Source: Clostridiales bacterium
GTDB taxonomy: Bacteria > Bacillota > Clostridia > Christensenellales > SZUA-584
Direction of reading: 5' to 3'
Assembly (NCBI GenBank): GCA_029265435.1
Contig: JAJUJH010000005.1
Location: 1 to 43,301, forward strand
Length of the DNA: 43,301 bases
Every line of letters begins with the position of its first letter. Within the stretch, counting starts at the first letter, position 1. The notes below the pieces were generated by a model, which ran no database searches, was not told the DNA's origin, and saw nothing but the letters and a program-made list of their open reading frames with translations. Both the position numbers and the translations under genes were made by a program. Positions 37,673 through 43,301 of the stretch are shown here, one piece after another.

Positions 37673-38404
37673 ATGAATTTTAAAAGCATCAAAGAGAAGG
37701 TTTCCAGCAAAATCAACAAGCAATCCGTCAAGACCTTTTTTCAGAAACAGGGGCTTTACATCCTGATATTTTTATGTGTGGCGGCTGCGGGCATAACGGC
37801 GCTTGTGGCGTGGCCTCGTCCGCAAGAAGCCGCTCCCGAAGACTCGGGAACCGATGTGTCATTGATCGATGTGCCGAATCTTGAGCAGGAAATGGCGGCC
37901 GCAAGCCAGTCGCCGACGCCGTCCGTATCACCCAGCCCAAGCCCGACGGCAACGCCGACGGCTTCGCCGAAACCGACGGCGCACAGCGGCTCCAACGGCA
38001 GCGGCTCAATATCGCTTAAAAAACCGGTGGAGGGAAAAATCATCAACTCATTTTCCGGTGATGAGCTTGTTTACTTTGCGTCGCTTGATATGTGGGCCAC
38101 CCATAACGGCGTGGATATTCAGGCCGAAAAAGACGCGCCCGTTTCTGCGGCGTTATCCGGCACCGTAAAAGATGTTTATGCGGATGAATCGAACGGCGGC
38201 GTTGTGGTCATTGAACATTCCGATAAAGCCGTCACCTTATACGCGGGGCTGTCGGAGATGAGTGTCAACAAGGACGATAAGGTCAACGCGGGCCAGCAGA
38301 TCGGCAAAATCGGCGAAATGCCAAAAGAACTGGATCTTTCATACCATCTGCACTTTGAATATATGGTAAACGGCGAATACAAAGACCCTGCGAAATACTT
38401 CTAG
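37673..38404 (+). CDS. spoIIQ: SpoIIQ-like M23/LytM membrane protein
   Basis: N-terminal TM (GLYILIFLCV); Pro/Ser linker; HNGVD and HLHFE motifs; directly after spoIID. Confidence 0.8.
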   Translation: MNFKSIKEKVSSKINKQSVKTFFQKQGLYILIFLCVAAAGITALVAWPRPQEAAPEDSGTDVSLIDVPNLEQEMAAASQSPTPSVSPSPSPTATPTASPKPTAHSGSNGSGSISLKKPVEGKIINSFSGDELVYFASLDMWATHNGVDIQAEKDAPVSAALSGTVKDVYADESNGGVVVIEHSDKAVTLYAGLSEMSVNKDDKVNAGQQIGKIGEMPKELDLSYHLHFEYMVNGEYKDPAKYF

Positions 38405-38418
38405 CCGAGAGGAACCCC

Positions 38419-38451
38419 ATGCTCCGTTTGTATTGAACGGGGCATTTTTTA
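38419..38451 (+). terminator. Terminator after spoIIQ
   Basis: ATGCTCCGTTT-loop-GAACGGGGCAT followed by a T run. Confidence 0.75.
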
Positions 38452-38525
38452 TTGCGCTTATCGATTGTTGTCTCATGATCTGTTCTTTTATGTTATAATG
38501 GGGGAGTTGTTGTTGGAGGTGTTTT

Positions 38526-39500
38526 ATGAAGAGACTTGTCGCATTTTTGCTTATCATTTTGCTTTTTTTGTTGCTGGCCGCAGCGTGCCAAAGCACGGCG
38601 AAAATTGAGGTGACCGTCCGGCCGGCAGCCGAGCCGACGCCTTCGCCGAGCCCGATACCGACTTCGTCTCCCACACCGAACCCGACACCGACTCCGTCTC
38701 CCACGCCGGACCCATACTTTTCCGCCGAAGAGGAGGTCACATCGGATGCGGAGGCGGGCCGCTGGCTTTACCGTTCTCCTTCGCTGTATGTGGATGTGAG
38801 CCGCGTACACGACGAAGAGAACTCCGTCACTTATTTCGCCGCGGAGATCCGTTTGAAAGAAGGCGAAACGGAACGCGGCGGCATGTCTAAGCCCGGAAAT
38901 ATCAGCGCCAAAAACGTGCCGCTGTACGAAATTGCGCAAGCCTACAACGCAGTGATCGCGGTCAACGGCGATTTCATGAAGGACAACACGTCCGACCCGA
39001 AGGGCGTGATCATCCGCGACGGAATCGTGGCGCTGGACGACGACAAAGAAGACACGCTCGCGTTTATGCCGGACGGCACGATGAAGATATTCGAAAAGGG
39101 TGAAACCTCAGCCGACGAGCTGCTCGCGGCGGGCGTCAAGAATTCGTTCTCCTTCGGCCCGACGCTCATCAAAGACGGCGTCATTCAGGACGGCCTCGAC
39201 AAGCACCGCCTCAGAAGCAAAAACCCGCGGACAGCCGTCGGCATGATTGAGCCGTATCACTTTCTGCTTGTCGTTGTAGACGGACGGCAGGGGAGCTACA
39301 GCAAAGGCATGACGCTGACGGAGCTGGCGGAACTGTTTTCGTCGTATCACTGCGAGGTCGCATTCAACTTTGACGGCGGCGCATCGGCGGCCATGTGCTT
39401 CATGGGGCAGAACATCAGCAAATATGCCGGTTCCTATACCGGGCAGCGCGATGTGCCCGACGCACTGATGTTCGGCGAAAGCGAGCTCGTCGGCAAGTGA
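38526..39500 (+). CDS. Phosphodiester glycosidase (NAGPA/DUF2233) family lipoprotein
   Basis: Lipobox LAAAC; PT-rich linker; AVNGDF, FSFGP.LI.DG, NPRTAVG, VVDGR, NFDGGAS. Confidence 0.88.
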   Translation: MKRLVAFLLIILLFLLLAAACQSTAKIEVTVRPAAEPTPSPSPIPTSSPTPNPTPTPSPTPDPYFSAEEEVTSDAEAGRWLYRSPSLYVDVSRVHDEENSVTYFAAEIRLKEGETERGGMSKPGNISAKNVPLYEIAQAYNAVIAVNGDFMKDNTSDPKGVIIRDGIVALDDDKEDTLAFMPDGTMKIFEKGETSADELLAAGVKNSFSFGPTLIKDGVIQDGLDKHRLRSKNPRTAVGMIEPYHFLLVVVDGRQGSYSKGMTLTELAELFSSYHCEVAFNFDGGASAAMCFMGQNISKYAGSYTGQRDVPDALMFGESELVGK

Positions 39501-39511
39501 AAAACGCAAAC

Positions 39512-39539
39512 AAAAAAGGCATCTTCGGAAGCCTTTTTT
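39512..39539. terminator. Bidirectional terminator
   Basis: AAAAAAGGCATC-TTCG-GAAGCCTTTTTT between convergent genes. Confidence 0.75.
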
Positions 39540-39557
39540 GAAATCTGAGAAATACTG

Positions 39558-39962
39558 TTATTGGTCTTGCGAACCGTCGAGTATCGGGTTGGTCGGCGTC
39601 TCAAACAGCGAGCTCAAATCGTCTTCACTTGTCTCCGGTGTCGTCGTGGCCACGGGCGATTGTGACGGCACTGGCGAGGCCGTCGGCATGGCTGTTTCCG
39701 CTGCCGCAGTCGGCTGTGTGGCCGCAGGCTGCTTGTCCACCGTCTGAACTCGATTGGGCTGAGTGAGAAGCAGCACGCCGATAAATACAACGCCCGCCAC
39801 GAGCAGCAATCCCACAGTAATCAGCACCGCAAGCAATCCTTTCGGTATCTCGCGCTGCCCGCGGGGCTCATATCCTTCAAATTCCCGCCTTGGCTGTACG
39901 TGAACCGTGATGCTTGACGGCGGCCTTTTCCTTATCTTTTCGGTTTCATTTTTTCCTTCCAT
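39558..39962 (-). CDS. Hypothetical single-pass membrane protein with Pro/Thr-rich tail
   Basis: Start MEGKNE after GAGAGGA; one TM (GLLAVLITVGLLLVAGVVFIGVLLL); downstream of serS. Confidence 0.7.
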   Translation of the reverse strand: MEGKNETEKIRKRPPSSITVHVQPRREFEGYEPRGQREIPKGLLAVLITVGLLLVAGVVFIGVLLLTQPNRVQTVDKQPAATQPTAAAETAMPTASPVPSQSPVATTTPETSEDDLSSLFETPTNPILDGSQDQ

Positions 39963-40000
39963 ATCAATCCTCTCAATCATACCGACAATATCGGTGCTTC

Positions 40001-41263
40001 TTAAGATGAAATTCGGTCTGTTCTCATATAATCTTTGAGCGCGTCGGGCACATCCACCGTGCCGTCCTCGCGCTGATAGTTTTCGAGTATCGCCGCGACC
40101 GTCCGTCCGATGGCCACGCCGCTGCCGTTAAGCGTATGCACAAACGCGTTTTTCTTGTCGTCCGTCTTGTAGCGTATGCCCGCGCGCCTCGCCTGAAAAT
40201 CGAGGAAGTTCGAGCACGAGGAGATCTCGACATAACGGTTGTAGCTCGGCATCCATACCTCAAGGTCATACGTTTTGGCCGATGAGAAACCGAGATCGCC
40301 CGTGCAGAGCTGAACCACGCGATAAGGCAGCCCCAGCTTCTGAAGTACCTTTTCCGCGTCTTTCACAAGGCTTTGAAGTTCGTTTTCGGAGTCTTCAGGA
40401 CGGACAAACTTCACAAGCTCCACCTTGTTAAACTGATGGACGCGGATCAAGCCGCGCGTATCGCGGCCCGCGCTCCCCGCTTCGGCGCGGAAGCAGGCAC
40501 TGTAAGCGGTATGATAAACCGGCAGCTTTTCCATGATGCTCTCGCGGTACATGTTTGTCACCGGCACTTCCGCAGTGGGAATCAGATAGTATTCCGTATT
40601 TTTCACGCTGAAAGCGTCTTCTTCAAACTTGGGGAGCTGGCCCGTACCCTGCATCGCGTTGCGGTGCACCATGAACGGCGGAAACACCTCGGTATACGGC
40701 CCTTCAAGCGTATGGGTATCAAGCATAAAGCTGATGAGGCTGCGCTCCAGACGGCTTCCAAGCCCTTTGTAGAAAACAAAGCGCGTCCCAGTGACTTTTG
40801 CCGCCGTTTCGAAATCCAATATGCCAAGCTCCGTGCCGATATCCCAGTGGGCCTTTGGCGTAAAGCCGAATTTCCTCGGCTCGCCCCAGCGTCTTATCTC
40901 GACGTTGTCGGCGTCGCTTTCGCCGACGGGCACATCGGGCAACGGTTCGTTTGGCGTTTTCAGAAGGATATCGTTGATCTTGGCGTCGATGTCAGCGAGC
41001 TCCGCGTCGATGGCCTTGATTTCATCCGCCACGCGCTTCATCTCGGCAAAAAGCGCCTCCACATCCTCTCCCGCTTTCTTTTTCATCGGCACCTGCTTTG
41101 ACGCCTCGTTGCGCTGCGCTTTGAGACCTTCCGTCTTCACAATGAGCGCGCGGCGCTGTTCGTCAAGAGCGGCCACCTGCTCCACCACACCCGTCACGCC
41201 GCGCTTTTTGAGATTCGCAGCCACTTCTTCAGGCACAGTCCGTATTCTTCTGATATCCAGCAT
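40001..41263 (-). CDS. serS: Serine--tRNA ligase
   Basis: MLDI start at 41263; GTGQLPKF; LIPTAEV; [21 protein letters not shown]; EISSCSN; HTLNGSG. Confidence 0.98.
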   Translation of the reverse strand: MLDIRRIRTVPEEVAANLKKRGVTGVVEQVAALDEQRRALIVKTEGLKAQRNEASKQVPMKKKAGEDVEALFAEMKRVADEIKAIDAELADIDAKINDILLKTPNEPLPDVPVGESDADNVEIRRWGEPRKFGFTPKAHWDIGTELGILDFETAAKVTGTRFVFYKGLGSRLERSLISFMLDTHTLEGPYTEVFPPFMVHRNAMQGTGQLPKFEEDAFSVKNTEYYLIPTAEVPVTNMYRESIMEKLPVYHTAYSACFRAEAGSAGRDTRGLIRVHQFNKVELVKFVRPEDSENELQSLVKDAEKVLQKLGLPYRVVQLCTGDLGFSSAKTYDLEVWMPSYNRYVEISSCSNFLDFQARRAGIRYKTDDKKNAFVHTLNGSGVAIGRTVAAILENYQREDGTVDVPDALKDYMRTDRISS

Positions 41264-41311
41264 GTTATTACCTCTGAATGAAAAATCAAAATCCAATCCG
41301 TATTATCTCAC

Positions 41312-41340
41312 AAAAAAAACGGCGGAGCAATAAACCGCCG
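41312..41340 (-). terminator. Terminator after argS
   Basis: Minus strand CGGCGG-loop-CCGCCG followed by T8. Confidence 0.75.
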
Positions 41341-41390
41341 CAGTTTTTACAAAAACAGGCGGCATAAAAGGCCGAACTGAAACAGTCCGA

Positions 41391-43085
41391 TCACATTCTG
41401 TCGGGCGCGTCCACGCCGATCAGCCAAAGCCCCGTTTTGATCACCTGTTTGATGCAGGCCGCAAGCTCAAGGCGTGCGGCGGTTTTGGGCGCATCGTCGT
41501 CGATGATGCGGTGTTCATAATAAAAGCGGTTCATCGCCTTCGCAAGTTCAATCGTATGGCGCGTGATCAGATACGGCTCGTTTTTCTCGCACGCTTTCAG
41601 TATCGTATCGGGAAACGCGTAAAGCAGCTTGGCGGCCGCAAACGCTTCGTCGTTATTCAGCGCCGAATAGTCTTTATCCGTTGATTTCCAGTCAAAATCC
41701 GCACGCCTTAACAGACTGGCGCAGCGCGCATGCGTGTATTGCACATACGGCCCGGTTTCGCCGTCGAAATTCAGCACGCGGTCGAACGAGAAGGTGATGT
41801 CCTTGATGCGCGCGGCAGACAGCGTGTCGAACACAACGGCGCCCACGCCCACCGTTTTAGCCACGTCTTCCTTGTTTTCAAGGTCGGGCGATTTTTCTTT
41901 GATAATGGACAGTGTTTTTTCGATGGCCTTGTTCAGCACATCCAGCAGAAACACGACCTTGCCCTTGCGCGTGGAGAGCGTGCCGTCCTCTAAGGACACC
42001 ATGCCGAACGCCACATGCTCCAAATCCTTCGCCCAGCCGTAGCCCATCATCTCGATCACCTTGAACCACTGCTTGAAATGCAGATTCTGCTGATAAGCCA
42101 CCACGTAAAGGCATTTGTCAAAATCATACGTTTTTTTGCGGTAAAACGCCGCCGCAAGGTCGCGCGTGGAATAAAGCGTCGCGCCGTCGGACTTCAGCAC
42201 CACACACGGCGGCATGTCGTCTCCAAGCCGCACCACATACGCGCCGTCCGAAAACTCGAGCAGGTTTTTCTCTTTGAGCTCGTCGATGACGGGCTGCATT
42301 TTATCATTGTAAAAGCTTTCTCCGGCGTAGCTGTCGAACTTGACGCCCAGCATATCGTAAATCACGCCGACTTCCTTGAGCGTCAGCTCCTTGAACCAGT
42401 TGAATATCTCAAGCGCTTCGGCGTCGCCGTCCTCGATTTTCTTGAACCATGCGCGGCCTTCGTCGTTAAGGCTCTCGTCCTTCTCGGCTTCTTCGTGAAA
42501 ACGCACGTACAGCTCAAGCATGGCGGTAATCGCGTTCCGCTCGATGTATTCTCTGCTGCCCCATTTTTTATATGCCGCAATGAGCTTGCCAAACTGAGTG
42601 CCCCAGTCCCCGAGATGGTTGATGCCCACCGTTTTGTAGCCGAGAAAACCGTATATGCGATACAGCGAATTGCCGATGACCGTTGTGGAAAGGTGTCCGA
42701 TATGAAACGGTTTTGCGATGTTGATGGATGAATAGTCGATGCAAACGGTACGCCCTGCGCCGATATCGCTTCTGCCATAGCCTTCGCCGGCCGCCACTAC
42801 GTTTTGCATGACGTCTTCAATAAACCGCCGCTTATTCAGATAAAAATTGATATACGCGCCCACAACCTGTACGCCGGCCATGCATGAAGGCTTTTCGAGC
42901 TTTTCGCACAGCTCCTGTGCAATTGCCTGCGGCGCTTTTCGCATTTGCTTGGCGAGCTTGAAGCACGGAAACGCATAGTCGCCCATGGAGGGGTCGGCGG
43001 GTATCTCGATCAGCGGCAGCAGCTCTTCTGAGGCTAGGCCGGAAGCCTTCGCAGCCGCATCCGCTATCACTTGCTTGTAGTCCAT
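41391..43085 (-). CDS. argS: Arginine--tRNA ligase
   Basis: DYSSINIAKPFHIGH (HIGH); NHLGDWGTQFG; STRKG; GETGPYVQYTHAR; PDRM. Confidence 0.98.
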   Translation of the reverse strand: MDYKQVIADAAAKASGLASEELLPLIEIPADPSMGDYAFPCFKLAKQMRKAPQAIAQELCEKLEKPSCMAGVQVVGAYINFYLNKRRFIEDVMQNVVAAGEGYGRSDIGAGRTVCIDYSSINIAKPFHIGHLSTTVIGNSLYRIYGFLGYKTVGINHLGDWGTQFGKLIAAYKKWGSREYIERNAITAMLELYVRFHEEAEKDESLNDEGRAWFKKIEDGDAEALEIFNWFKELTLKEVGVIYDMLGVKFDSYAGESFYNDKMQPVIDELKEKNLLEFSDGAYVVRLGDDMPPCVVLKSDGATLYSTRDLAAAFYRKKTYDFDKCLYVVAYQQNLHFKQWFKVIEMMGYGWAKDLEHVAFGMVSLEDGTLSTRKGKVVFLLDVLNKAIEKTLSIIKEKSPDLENKEDVAKTVGVGAVVFDTLSAARIKDITFSFDRVLNFDGETGPYVQYTHARCASLLRRADFDWKSTDKDYSALNNDEAFAAAKLLYAFPDTILKACEKNEPYLITRHTIELAKAMNRFYYEHRIIDDDAPKTAARLELAACIKQVIKTGLWLIGVDAPDRM

Positions 43086-43119
43086 TCGTATTCCTTCTTT
43101 GTCTGTTTAATCTTAAGCA

Positions 43120-43148
43120 AATATATCATATGCGTTTTTAATTATCAA
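43120..43148 (-). promoter_or_regulatory. Putative sigma-A promoter of argS
   Basis: Minus strand TTGATA-N17-TATATT with TGn. Confidence 0.55.
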
Positions 43149-43301
43149 CGACGGGCTGATCAGTGATCGCGTCAACCCACTGTAGGGAAATCAAATCACA
43201 GTATTACGATAAGCCAATCCCCTCAAAGCCATATAGGTTGGTGTATATTGACCTGCCGCTAAAATGGGCAGGCGAATATTCTTCATTGCGGAATCAATTC
43301 T

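Noticed and set aside
43191-43301. Open minus-strand frame at the window edge (RIDSAMKNIRLP...NTVI*)
   Set aside because: It could be the 3' end of an upstream gene, but 36 codons without a motif is not enough to call.

Overview
This is a core chromosomal segment of a moderately GC-rich, endospore-forming clostridium (taxonomy inferred from gene content and order). Positions 1-12.8 kb hold the distal S10-spc-alpha ribosomal superoperon, from partial rpsS through rplQ, including secY, adk, map, a KOW protein, infA and rpoA. It is followed by ecfA1-ecfA2-ecfT-truA, a DUF218 protein and a BMP-type nucleoside/purine ABC transporter. On the minus strand lie a two-subunit Fe-S fumarate/tartrate hydro-lyase and a ~1090-aa lipoprotein with four lamin-tail-like repeats plus a CotH-type kinase domain. 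Next come tRNA-Leu(GAG), an Nramp/MntH, tRNA-Ala(CGC), adenine deaminase, glycerol kinase, an XdhC-family protein, an AhpD/CMD protein, a small Cys-rich protein and an M48 peptidase. The window ends with murA-spoIID-spoIIQ, a NAGPA-like lipoprotein, a small membrane protein, serS and argS. The most notable unannotated feature is a pair of 133-150 bp non-coding MITE-like elements in inverted orientation around xdhC-cmd. They have imperfect terminal inverted repeats and very different flanking duplications: 5 bp for one, and 22 bp copying a whole terminator-like hairpin for the other. I saw no CRISPR array, prophage, transposase or defence system. All calls come from reading the sequence by eye; no database search was run.
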